A program made the translations under genes and the position numbers. From an uncultured archaeon (GTDB lineage Archaea > Thermoproteota > Nitrososphaeria > Nitrososphaerales > Gagatemarchaeaceae), in the NCBI GenBank assembly GCA_963799775.1, contig CAWCYD010000003.1, positions 736,001 through 800,000 of the forward strand: a DNA stretch of 64,000 nucleotides, given 5' to 3'. Numbering within the stretch: the first letter of the stretch is position 1; each line of letters starts with the position of its first letter. A model generated the notes under the pieces. The model saw only the letters and a list, made by a program, of their open reading frames with translations. It did no database searches and was not told the origin of the DNA. This document shows, piece after piece, positions 40,890 through 50,460 of this stretch.

Positions 40890-41729
40890 CTACTTGCTGA
40901 GGAGTCTCCACGACATCACGATCCCCACCACCGAGAAGAAGAGCGCGAACCCGATGGCGACGGAGAAGTCGACCCATAGCGCGTACGATCCGGTCGCCCC
41001 TATCAGGAGCTGGCGTATCGCATCGATGCAGTAGCTTATGGGGTTGACCTTCACGACGTCCTGCAGCCAACCGGGCATGATCTTCACCGGGAAGAGGGCG
41101 TTGCTCGCGAAGAGCAGAGGGAGGTTGAGGAGGTTGATTATCGCCATCTGGGTCTGCCAGTTGCTAGACCTAAGCGAGAGCATCACGAAGAGGCCGGAGA
41201 GGCCCATGGCGACCATGAAGATGATGACGAAGGTGCCGGCGACCCCGAGGACGCTTAGGCTGCCGGTCGACATCCCGAGGGCGATGCCGATGAACAGCAC
41301 CACCACGGCTTGGATCAGCGACCTTCCGACGCTCTGGAGGATCTTGGCCATCACGATGGTCCCTCGGCTGACCGGGGTGCTCAGCGCCTTGTTCATGAAC
41401 CCGAACCTCCTGTCCCAGACGACGGACATGCCGCTGAAAGCCGAGTTGAAGACCACGATGAAGACCAGCATGCCGCAGACCAGGTACGAGAAGTAGCTCG
41501 TCGTGCCGAAGAAGCCCAGCATTATCGCGTTTGCGTTGACTCCGGGGGGAGCGCCCGCGGTGATGAAGGAGCTGAAGTTGAGGGCCTTGCCAAAGAGCCC
41601 CATCCAGATCACGGGCTGGATGAGGGAGATGAGCAGCTGGTAGGGGTTCGTGTACCACTTCCTCAGGTCCCGCTTTGTTAGGGCCCAGAGCCCGTGCGTC
41701 GGGCTCTTGTTGATCTTGGGGGTCGGCAT
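40890..41729 (-). CDS. ABC-2 type exporter permease
   Basis: DRRFG..LSTPVSR, NPISY; six TM helices. Confidence 0.92.
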   Translation of the reverse strand: MPTPKINKSPTHGLWALTKRDLRKWYTNPYQLLISLIQPVIWMGLFGKALNFSSFITAGAPPGVNANAIMLGFFGTTSYFSYLVCGMLVFIVVFNSAFSGMSVVWDRRFGFMNKALSTPVSRGTIVMAKILQSVGRSLIQAVVVLFIGIALGMSTGSLSVLGVAGTFVIIFMVAMGLSGLFVMLSLRSSNWQTQMAIINLLNLPLLFASNALFPVKIMPGWLQDVVKVNPISYCIDAIRQLLIGATGSYALWVDFSVAIGFALFFSVVGIVMSWRLLSK

Positions 41730-41843
41730 CACGGCCGTACCCTCGGTCCCCGCCGAAGAGGAGGGCCTTGCAGCTTCGAGTCCTGCGCCGTGGCCCCGCT
41801 GATCTCGGTCTTCTCGCGCTCTACCAAAGATCAATCTCCCCGA

Positions 41844-42877
41844 CTATGACCTCGCCGTGGACATCGTCCTTCTCTGGCTCATCATCGCCCACTTGTTGGT
41901 CTCCTCCTCCCTCAGGGTGCGCCCCGTCAGCTCTAGGTACGCCTCGTCGAGGGTCGGTCGCGTGAGCGAGATCTTGGAGACGTGCAACCCCTTGGCGCGG
42001 ATCATGTCTATTATCTGCGGGGAGGCCTCCTCTCCCGAATCCGCCTTTATGCGGTAGTCGCTGCCCGTCCGCGTGACCGCCTTTACGAGGTTGATCTTGG
42101 CGATGTCCGGGGAGAGGTCAGGCTCTGTCTCTTTGACCCCCACCACTATCACGTCCCCGCCCACGCTGGCCTTGAGCTCGTCGGGCGTGCCGATCTTGAC
42201 GATGTGACCGTGGTCGATGATTGCGATCCTGTCACAGAGGCCGTCGGCCTCCTCGAGGTAGTGGGTCGTGAGGAAAAGCGTCATGTTGTAGTCCTCCTTG
42301 AGCTTGCGGATGTATTTCCAGACGGCGGTCCGCGTCTGCACGTCGAGACCGAGCGTCGGTTCGTCGAGGAAGAGGAGCTTGGGGTAGTTGATCAGGCCGC
42401 AAGCGAGCTCCAGCCGCCTCCGCATTCCCCCCGAGAATGTGCTCACCTTTCGCTTAGCCGCGTCCTGCAGCTCGACGAGCTCGAGGAGCTCTGCCGCGTG
42501 GCGCTTCGAGTCGCTCCGAGGGATGCCGTAGAGGTCTCCGCAGAGCAGGATGTTCTCGTAGCCGGTCATGTCCTCGTCGGCGGTGTAGTCCTGAGGGACG
42601 ACCCCGACGCTCCTCCGCACGTCGTTGGGGTGTTTGTGGACGTCGAAGCCGCAGACCTCGGCCTTGCCTGAGGTGGGAGGCAGCAACGTCGTGAGCATGT
42701 TGATGGTGGTGCTCTTGCCCGCGCCGTTGGGCCCAGGAAGCCGAAGATCTCGCCCTGCCTGATCTCGAAGCTCACGTTGTCGACCGCCTTCTGCTGCCCG
42801 AAGCTCTTCGACAGGCCCTCCACTTTGACTATGACATCGCTCTCCTTGCCGCCCTGCCGGGCCCGTTCGGCCATCAA
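41844..42877 (-). CDS. ABC exporter ATP-binding protein (DrrA-like; frameshift near 42725)
   Basis: GPNGAGKS after correction, FSGGMRRR, LFLDEPT. Confidence 0.93.
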
Positions 42878-43500
42878 GTCGGGCCTGACCTCCCCCGCGG
42901 ACTCTGCGCTGCCGGCTTTCCCTTGAGGCCTCGGAGCTGGGACTGAGTCCAGTCGAGCTGCCTCTCGAGGTTGATCGAATACTCCCTTAGCATGAAGTCC
43001 ATGTCGTTTCTGGATATCGCGCCCCTCCTGGCGTCGAACACCTCTTTCGTCATCTCGAACTGCTTCTTCGAGCCCTCAACGAACATGTTCCTGAACCCCG
43101 CAGGGTCGAGCATGTCGTAGAACAGCCTGCGCATCGCAATCCATCGCTGCGACGACGACGCGAACATGTCCTCTCTCTCCTTTATGAGTTCGGATCCTTT
43201 CGTAGTGATGCTGTACACCCTACGGTTCTCAGCCGCTCCCTTCGCCTCGGCCTGGATGTACCCGCTCGTCATGAGCTTCTTGAGGATCGGGTAGACGGAG
43301 CCAACGCCTGGGCGCCAGGCGCCTTCGGTCTTGCTGTCGATGTCCTGGAGTATCTCGTAACCGTGCTTCGGCTTCACAGAGATGCTGTGAAGTATGTAAT
43401 AGAGCAAAAGCCCCCGGGGAGCGCCTTTCAGCTGGGTGATGGAAGGCAGGTCGGCACGGGCTTGCCTCTTGCGCGGCTCGGGCATGTCTTCGGGGTCCAA
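42874..43500 (-). CDS. PadR family transcriptional regulator
   Basis: HGYEI, W.PG.GSVYPIL, RRVYSIT.KG. Confidence 0.9.
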   Translation of the reverse strand: MDPEDMPEPRKRQARADLPSITQLKGAPRGLLLYYILHSISVKPKHGYEILQDIDSKTEGAWRPGVGSVYPILKKLMTSGYIQAEAKGAAENRRVYSITTKGSELIKEREDMFASSSQRWIAMRRLFYDMLDPAGFRNMFVEGSKKQFEMTKEVFDARRGAISRNDMDFMLREYSINLERQLDWTQSQLRGLKGKPAAQSPRGRSGPT

Positions 43501-43586
43501 ACCGGGTTATTTACGTATATCTTATTTGATACACTGGCCGCTACACTGAAGGATACTGCCGGCGATGCGCGTGGATTGGCAGGAAG

Positions 43587-43719
43587 TGGCGGGCCCGGAG
43601 AGATTTGAACTCTCGATCTTCGGCTTCGGAGGCCGATGCCCTGATCCGTGCCAAGGGTGAGGTTCTCGGTGCCATGCTCATTTCCCCATCGCGGACGGCG
43701 GTGCCTAGGCTACGGGCCC
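43587..43719 (-). tRNA. tRNA-Arg(CCG) with ~54-nt D-loop insertion(s), CCA encoded
   Basis: GGGCCCG/CGGGCCC acceptor, GCCT/GGGC D-stem, TCGGC CT CCG AA GCCGA, GAGAG TTCAAAT CTCTC. Confidence 0.9.
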
Positions 43720-43777
43720 TAGTTCGCCGGGAAGAAGGATGATAGATAAGTCTGCGTGGAGACACAGGGAGGAGCGC

Positions 43778-45063
43778 TTGACAGATGTCAACCTCGTCAA
43801 TAACCTCTGGGTCCTGATATGCGGTCTCCTCGTATTCTCCATGACCGTTTCCGTAGGACTCCTAGAGATCGGCGAGCTGGGAGAAAAGTACTCGAAGAGC
43901 CTCCTCAAGACGCTTCTCATATCAGGGAGCGCGATATTCTTCATGGCCTTCGTGGGATTCAATACGGCGTTCGCGCCCACCGTTAGCGGAATCATCGGGA
44001 ACCCGCTGTACGACGGCGGCGTCTTCTTGGGGGGATTTTCTTCCACCACGACCGGCCTGCTCAGCGGCGTATGGTGGTCCATGGACACTGGTTACTTCTC
44101 GACTGGTCTGACAACCGGCACATACTTCATCTTCGAGACCCATTCGCAGCGGTAACCCTCGCGCTCGTCGGGGTCGTCGTCTTGAGGAAGATGAAACTCG
44201 AAGCCTTTCTCGCCTATTCCGTGGTCTACTTCATCGTGATCTGGAGCTTGCCGGCCGCGTGGATATGGAACCCCACCGGTTGGCTCTTCCTCTTGGGGGT
44301 CAGAGACTTCGCGGGAGGATTGGTCGTTCATGGCGCGGCCGCGGCCGCAGGGCTCGCCATAGTCCATCGCATCTGGAGGGAAGAGAAGAGCAAGGGACTC
44401 ACCGAGAGCGCCGTGGTCGAGACAAATGTGAATCCAGCTTGGTTGACCCTTGCGGTTCTTCTCCTGTGGATTGGGTGGTTCGGGTTCAACCCAGGGAGCG
44501 TCCTTGCATTCAATGCTTCAGCGATGACCGTAGTTCTGACGACTTTCTTGGCCGCCGCAGGCGCCTTCCTTTCAGTGATGTTCTTCCGATACATCACGAC
44601 GAAGAAGAACCCAGACCTGATCTACGCAGACAACGGGATATTGATGGGGCTCATTGTGATAACTCCGCTAGCCGGATTTGTGAGCCCGGCGAGCGCGGTC
44701 ATCCTCGGCATAGTCGCTGGGCCCCTGTTTCTGGCCGGGCAGAGATTGCTGTCCAGGTACAAATGGTTCTGCGATCCCGTTGGACTGTTTTCCGGACACA
44801 TGCTCGGCGGACTCTTCGGCCTGATGATGATAGGCATCTTCACGCAGAATGAATTCGCTGCCTCGTCGGGGAACGCCGCCTTGCCGAACGGGCTGCTCTT
44901 CGGAGGCGGCTTGGCGGCGCTTCATCAGCTGGGGCTCGAAGCCCTCGCTGCAGTTGTGGTCGTTGCAGCGGTCTTCGCAATGACCTACGTGACACTGGAG
45001 GTCATAGCTTGGGCAATGCACGGCATCACCACGGACTACAGAAAGGAAGGGCTGGCTCCCTGA
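43778..45063 (+). CDS. amt: Ammonium transporter (frameshift near 44140)
   Basis: DFAGGLVVH, LWIGWFGFNPGS, G..MGL..ITP. Confidence 0.93.
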
Positions 45064-45186
45064 CATTCCTGATCGTGGGCCAGATCGCTAGCCCGGTTCT
45101 CTCCGAGGAGCGCACCCCGAGCTGGCCGCTCGCAGCCCAATAGCACATGATAAATTCCCTCTTGCGAGAGGCACGACAAGAATCGA

Positions 45187-47106
45187 TTGAAGTTCCGGGA
45201 GTTCGAAGAGGAGGTCAGACAGGCCATCGCAAGCGCCGCCCAGGAAGGAGGGTATCATCTCGAGCACGTCGAGCTCCTCGTCCCACCGAACCCTGAGCTA
45301 GGCGACCTGTCGAGCCCGGTAGGACTGAGGCTGGCGAGGGTGACGAAGAAGCCGCCGGGAGAGATCGCGGAGAACCTGGCGTCGATCCTCAACCGTTCGG
45401 CTGGTGGCTGGCACCTCATCCGAGAGGTGGAGGCACATGGATCCGGCTACGTGAACTTCCGGCTCAACTGGGGGGCGTTCGCATACGAGACGCTACAGGC
45501 CGCGGTGACGGACGGCGGGCATCTTGAGGTGGACACGCCGTCAACGAAGAAGCGCATTGCAGTCGAGCACACTAACGTCAATCCAAACAAGGCTCTGCAC
45601 ATCGGACACGCGAGGAACTTGGTTCTGGGAGACTCGCTTGTCCGGACGCTGAAGAGGTTAGGTCACGACGTCCAGACCCTGAACTACATCGACGACTCGG
45701 GAGCACAGGTCGCTGACGTTATCGTTGGGCTGAGGTTCCTGGGCTTCTCCGACGAGGCGCCCGCCGGGATGAAGTTCGACGCGTACTGCGGTGACGTCAT
45801 CTACACCAAGGTGAACCAGATGTATGAGAAGGATCCCGCGCTGAAAGAGAAACAGCGCTTGGTGCTGAGGGAGATAGAGAAGGGGAGCGGAGAGATCAGC
45901 GAGTACGTCGATAGGATAGTCTCGAGGATACTTGCGGACCAGCTGAAGACTTGCTGGCGCCTGGGAGCTAGATACGACCTCCTGAACTGGGAGTCACACA
46001 TCCTCAGGACAGGGATGTGGAACGATGTCTTCGAAGAGATGAAGTCGAAGCACATCGCGGTCTTCGAGGAGGAAGGGGAGAACGCGGGCTGCTGGGTATT
46101 CAAGGACAAGGAGCTGGGCGAGGACAAGGTGCTCGTGCGGTCGGACGGGACGGTAGTCTACGTCGCGAAGGACATCCCATACGCGGCGTGGAAGCTGGGA
46201 TTGGTCCCTGACCGATTCACCTATTCCCCGTATGTCACGCAGCCGGACGGGCACCCGCTCTGGAGCACGTCGGCCGGCACCCCTAGCTCAGGCCCCGTCC
46301 AACATCCCAAGTTCGGGGACGCCGAGCTCGCCATCTCGGTCATCGACTCGAAGCAGAGCCGCCTCCAGAAGGTCGTGAGCAGGGCCATCGAGAGGCTCGA
46401 GGGCAAGAAGAACGTCAGGTACCTCCATCGCGCGTACGAGGTCGTGGCCCTCTCAAAGTCCTCGGCAGAGAGCCTGGGTCTGGCCACAGAGAAGGAGTTC
46501 GTACACATGCAAGGCAGGAAGGGGATATACATCAACGTGGACACGATCCTCGCGGCCCTCAAGGCCAAGTCTGGCGACGAGACCAGGAGGAGGAACCCTG
46601 ACAGGCCTCGAGAATGGGCGGAATCCGTCGCGGAGACTCTTGCGATAGCCGCCTTCCGGTTCGAGCTGGTCAAGCAGGATCCGGACAAGATGATAGCGTT
46701 CGACATGGAGTCCTCTCTACGGCTCGAAGGGGACACCGGCCCTTACCTGCTCTACAGCTACGCGCGCGCAAGCCGGATCTTGGCGAAGTCGGGCTCGAAG
46801 CAGATCACTCTGACGGAGCAAGCCGCCTCGGGCCTCAGCCAGCCGACTGAGGTGGCGCTGGTGAAGCTCCTCTCGACCTACGACAAAGCGCTGATCGAGG
46901 CAGAGAGATACCTCTCGCCGAAGGAGGTCGCGACGTATGCGCACGCCCTCGCGGCGACATTCAGCGAGTTCTACGAGGCCGTCCCCGTGAACAGCGAGCC
47001 TCAGGAGGCGCTCAAGCAGGCCAGGCTAGCGATGATACAAGCCTTCAGGGTGACGATGAAGGACGCCCTCTCCGTGATCGGTATCACCGCCCTGGAAGAG
47101 ATCTAG
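45187..47106 (+). CDS. argS: Arginyl-tRNA synthetase
   Basis: EHTNVNPNKALHIGHARN, RSDGT, MQGRKG, GDTGPYLLYSYAR. Confidence 0.97.
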   Translation: MKFREFEEEVRQAIASAAQEGGYHLEHVELLVPPNPELGDLSSPVGLRLARVTKKPPGEIAENLASILNRSAGGWHLIREVEAHGSGYVNFRLNWGAFAYETLQAAVTDGGHLEVDTPSTKKRIAVEHTNVNPNKALHIGHARNLVLGDSLVRTLKRLGHDVQTLNYIDDSGAQVADVIVGLRFLGFSDEAPAGMKFDAYCGDVIYTKVNQMYEKDPALKEKQRLVLREIEKGSGEISEYVDRIVSRILADQLKTCWRLGARYDLLNWESHILRTGMWNDVFEEMKSKHIAVFEEEGENAGCWVFKDKELGEDKVLVRSDGTVVYVAKDIPYAAWKLGLVPDRFTYSPYVTQPDGHPLWSTSAGTPSSGPVQHPKFGDAELAISVIDSKQSRLQKVVSRAIERLEGKKNVRYLHRAYEVVALSKSSAESLGLATEKEFVHMQGRKGIYINVDTILAALKAKSGDETRRRNPDRPREWAESVAETLAIAAFRFELVKQDPDKMIAFDMESSLRLEGDTGPYLLYSYARASRILAKSGSKQITLTEQAASGLSQPTEVALVKLLSTYDKALIEAERYLSPKEVATYAHALAATFSEFYEAVPVNSEPQEALKQARLAMIQAFRVTMKDALSVIGITALEEI

Positions 47107-47179
47107 GCGAAGAGCGAACGTCAGCCAAATGCCAAAATTTCCCGGATTGATTTCATAAACGAATCCTGGTGAACCCTCG

Positions 47180-47473
47180 GTGTGTATCCGCCGCAGTGGA
47201 CATTCTCGAACATCTCGCAAAGAGATAGACAGGTCGATCGAATCGGACGCGTCGGAAGTGAGCCTCTACCAGATCGTCGAGCAAAGGCTCGCCACCATCG
47301 TCGTTAGGGCCCCCGGCGAGGAGAAGGTGCCCACGGGAGTGGACCTCGCGCTGACGGAGAAGGACGACATACTGAGGACGCTGCACGGCTTCGTCCAAAA
47401 AGAGTACGATGAGATCAACGGAGAGCAGGAAATCGTCTCTTTCTTGAAGAGACTGGCCGCCTACGCCACGTGA
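47180..47473 (+). CDS. Hypothetical protein (start uncertain)
   Basis: Open frame with host-like codon usage in the 3' part. Confidence 0.45.
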   Translation: MCIRRSGHSRTSRKEIDRSIESDASEVSLYQIVEQRLATIVVRAPGEEKVPTGVDLALTEKDDILRTLHGFVQKEYDEINGEQEIVSFLKRLAAYAT

Positions 47474-47576
47474 GAAGAAAAGCTACCAAGAAACAAGGTG
47501 GAAGTCTACCCCACGACGGAATCCATCAATTTCTCATGGTAAGCTAAAAAGGGGGTCGTCGATGAGCCTGACAAGA

Positions 47577-47672
47577 AGCCCGTTCGTCTAGTGGTCAAGG
47601 ATAGGGGCCTCTGGAAGCGCTCAACGCGTTTGGAGTTAGCCCTTGACCCAGGTTCGAATCCTGGACGGGCTA
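47577..47672 (+). tRNA. tRNA-Gln(CTG) with 23-nt intron at 37/38 (47615-47637)
   Basis: AGCCCGT/ACGGGCT acceptor (A1-U72), GGGGC CT CTG G|..|A GCCCT; BHB-like helix CTCT/GGAG. Confidence 0.93.
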
Positions 47673-47825
47673 CCTCCTCAATTCTAGCTCTATTTGCCCA
47701 GAATAGCCTGATACTGGATGTATCGCCATAACGGGTCTTATATCATAGGTATTTGCCGCGTCTGGACGGGCAAGCTGGCTAGGCGGCCTGGTTGGGCCAT
47801 AAGATGTCGCAAGCCCTCGAGAGTC

Positions 47826-48575
47826 TCATTTCCACTTTGTGAGTATCTCTTCCCTCTTGAAGGTGGCTACGCTCAGAGAGAAGAGAAGCAGGTCGACCAC
47901 CAGGAAAATGCCGGACATGATGAGCAGATTGATCGTGGTCAATTGAATCACACCGATCTCGGTCATCACGTAGATGATGATGAAGGGGAAGAAGATCACC
48001 CCGGTGAACTGCTGTACGCTTCGAACGTCGTTGGCGCGTGCGGATAGGATGACAGTCAGCTCGATGGAGAGTATGCTCGCGAGCGGTGCGAGGACGAGAA
48101 GGCTCACTCCGATGCTCCAGTTTGGATAGAAGAGATACCCTAGCCCGGCGTGAGTGATCAGGTCTATCAGGACCATAAAGACTACCGAGCTAGCCCAGAT
48201 TGCGGCAATCGGTGGGACGAATGAAGCGATGATCTTTCCCAGCAGAATCTCACCATCTGTCATGGGCGTTGCAAGCAGAGGTTCGAGGCTCTTCTGGACC
48301 TTCTCGCCGACTATGCTGTACGAGGCGATTCCAGCTGGGAGACTCGCCGCTAGAATCACGTACCAGAAGGAAAACGCGTTCAGAAATGGAGCAACGGATG
48401 CGGATATGGTTCCTGTGCCAGCAACGCTTTCGATCGCAACAAGTACCGCGGGAAATCCCAAGGCAATACCGAATGGGGACACTATCGTGGCGTAGAGGAC
48501 CCCCTTCCTCCTCTTGAAGATCTCGAAGTCCTTTGATGCGACCGACCACGCGCTCTGCAAGTCCATTTCTATCAC
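47826..48575 (-). CDS. ABC-2 permease
   Basis: GEKVQKSLEPLLATP..EILLGK; six TM helices. Confidence 0.9.
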   Translation of the reverse strand: MIEMDLQSAWSVASKDFEIFKRRKGVLYATIVSPFGIALGFPAVLVAIESVAGTGTISASVAPFLNAFSFWYVILAASLPAGIASYSIVGEKVQKSLEPLLATPMTDGEILLGKIIASFVPPIAAIWASSVVFMVLIDLITHAGLGYLFYPNWSIGVSLLVLAPLASILSIELTVILSARANDVRSVQQFTGVIFFPFIIIYVMTEIGVIQLTTINLLIMSGIFLVVDLLLFSLSVATFKREEILTKWK

Positions 48576-49492
48576 TGGCTCCTGACCAGCTTCAGGTACA
48601 CATCCTCCAGAGTTGAGCTCGCCTCGGTAACGAACTGGATGCGACCCCCCGCAGCTCCGATTGCACTGATGATGTCAGGGTTCTCCTTCTCAGGATCACT
48701 CACTCCTATGATGAGCTTGTTGCCTTCGCCCGCCTCGACATTACCGGTTGCGACCTTCTTCGCTGCAGATATGATTGCGTTGTTGACGCTCTCGAGCTGG
48801 ACCACAATCTTCCTGCCGCTCGCCGACCGTTCGAGCTCGGCCGGGGTGCCCAGGGCCATCAGCTTGGTGTTCAGTATCGCGATCCTGTCGCAGATCCTTT
48901 GCGCCTCGTCGAGATTGTGCGTGTTGAGGAAGATGGTCTTCTTCTCTTTCTTCAGTTCCAGGATAAAGTCTCTCACAGTCTTCGACGCTTCCGGGTCGAG
49001 GTTGGCCGTCGGCTCGTCCATGAAGAGTATCTGCGGATCATGAATGAGAGCGCGCGCTATGGCAAGCTTCTGCTTCATTCCCTTGGAGAAGGTCCCTGCC
49101 AACAGATCCCTCTTGTCCCACAAACCAAGCAGCTTGAGGAAGTATTCTATCCTCTCTCTTCTCTTTGCTTCATCGACCTTGTAGTATCTGCCGTAGAAAT
49201 CCAGGTTCTTGTAGGCTGTGAGTTCCTCGTACAGACCAACGTTGTCTGGGACCAGTCCGATGATCCTCCTTATCTTTTGCTGGTCCGCGCTGTTTCCAAT
49301 GTCATAGTCGCCAATCCTGGCCGTGCCGCTCGTCTTCGATATCAGACATGCCAGCATCCGTATGGTGGTGGTCTTACCGGCACCGTTGGGACCGAGAAAG
49401 CCGAAGACTTCCCCCTCGTCGACGCGGAGGGTCAGGTCGTCGACCGCAACAAGGTCTCCGAACTTCTTCACGAGGTTCTCGGTCTCAATCAA
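48572..49492 (-). CDS. ABC transporter ATP-binding protein
   Basis: GPNGAGKTT, FSKGMKQK, MDEPT. Confidence 0.95.
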   Translation of the reverse strand: MIETENLVKKFGDLVAVDDLTLRVDEGEVFGFLGPNGAGKTTTIRMLACLISKTSGTARIGDYDIGNSADQQKIRRIIGLVPDNVGLYEELTAYKNLDFYGRYYKVDEAKRRERIEYFLKLLGLWDKRDLLAGTFSKGMKQKLAIARALIHDPQILFMDEPTANLDPEASKTVRDFILELKKEKKTIFLNTHNLDEAQRICDRIAILNTKLMALGTPAELERSASGRKIVVQLESVNNAIISAAKKVATGNVEAGEGNKLIIGVSDPEKENPDIISAIGAAGGRIQFVTEASSTLEDVYLKLVRSQ

Positions 49493-49805
49493 CGACAGTT
49501 GGCCCTATTCGTTGGCAAGATGCGATATATACATGGGAGCGCCCGAGCCTCATGGCCTGACGATTCTTAAGATGGCAGGTTGGATTCGTACCTAATCGGG
49601 CGCGGACCCTTGACGTGCTATCATCAGCCTACCTACATTGTCCCCGCTCCGGGCAGGTTCGGGAATTGAAATGAAGTGACAACGGCGATTAGTAACCTTG
49701 TCAACAGACTGATCCCTTGGCGACAATGTCGCGAAAGCGTTGAAAAACAATGTGAGAGAGGACTCCTCCACTAAACAGATTAACGCTCGCTCTTACTGAC
49801 TGAAC

Positions 49806-49931
49806 ATGTTGTCCATGGAGCCCGATGCTGTTTGTTGCGTTCACGGAGTCTCTGTGGCTCAGTCTTGCGGGATTTGCGAGTTCATGGCCGGGCGCGACAG
49901 AGCTAAACCTACGACGACCGAAGCTGTCTAG
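49806..49931 (+). CDS. 41-aa putative zinc-binding microprotein
   Basis: MLSMEPDAVCCVHGVSVAQSCGICEFM.. (CxxH..CxxC). Confidence 0.4.
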   Translation: MLSMEPDAVCCVHGVSVAQSCGICEFMAGRDRAKPTTTEAV

Positions 49932-49964
49932 AGACCGGAAACAAAGATGTTCAGGCTGGTTATG

Positions 49965-50179
49965 GGCTCGGTCGTGTCCCCAGCTGGCCACAGGTATAGC
50001 GTAAACTTGGCCAAGCACGGGGGCCTTTGGAGCCCTTGACGTAGGTTCGAATCCTTGCCTGGAACCCGCCCGTCAGGCAGACTACCTTGCAGAACCCGCT
50101 CAAGGACGAAGACCTGGTGGCACCACAAGTATTGACCTGGGACAAATCGAACCAAGGGTCTCGAATCCTGGACGAGCTA
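49965..50179 (+). tRNA. tRNA-Gln(TTG)-like gene interrupted by multiple insertions (multi-intron gene or pseudogene)
   Basis: GGCTCGG TC GTGT..GCAC G GGGGC CT TTG GA GCCCT TGAC GTAGG TTCGAAT C..CTAC C..CGAGCT A. Confidence 0.65.
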
Positions 50180-50237
50180 CTCATCTCATCGATTCGAGAG
50201 CGCTCAAGGCCTAGCGAAAGTCTGAGCGCGAACGCCC

Positions 50238-50393
50238 TTACAGTTTCTTCCTTACCTTTTGGGCCCCCTTCTTGACGTCTCTTCCTGCGGTCTTGACCGC
50301 ATTCTCGGCCTTCTTCCCCGCCTTCTTTACATCATGCCCCGCGGCGTCGAGGTCACGTTTTGCAGCTGATTTCATTCCCTTCCTTGTAACCAT
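50238..50393 (-). CDS. 51-aa Lys/Ala-rich, LEA-like repeat protein
   Basis: AGHDVKKAGKK..AGRDVKKGAQK repeats; TATA-like CTTAAAG upstream. Confidence 0.6.
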   Translation of the reverse strand: MVTRKGMKSAAKRDLDAAGHDVKKAGKKAENAVKTAGRDVKKGAQKVRKKL

Positions 50394-50460
50394 GCGCATG
50401 TTGAGCCATTTCCAGTTACTTTAAGGTTTGAAAGAGGTGGATTCTCTCGGCGTCCACTCA

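Larger units (their letters stand above)
47654..50180 (+). repeat. 20-bp direct repeat of the tRNA-Gln 3' end (47654-47673 and 50161-50180)
   Basis: TCGAATCCTGGACGGGCTAC vs TCGAATCCTGGACGAGCTAC, 19/20 identical. Confidence 0.8.
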
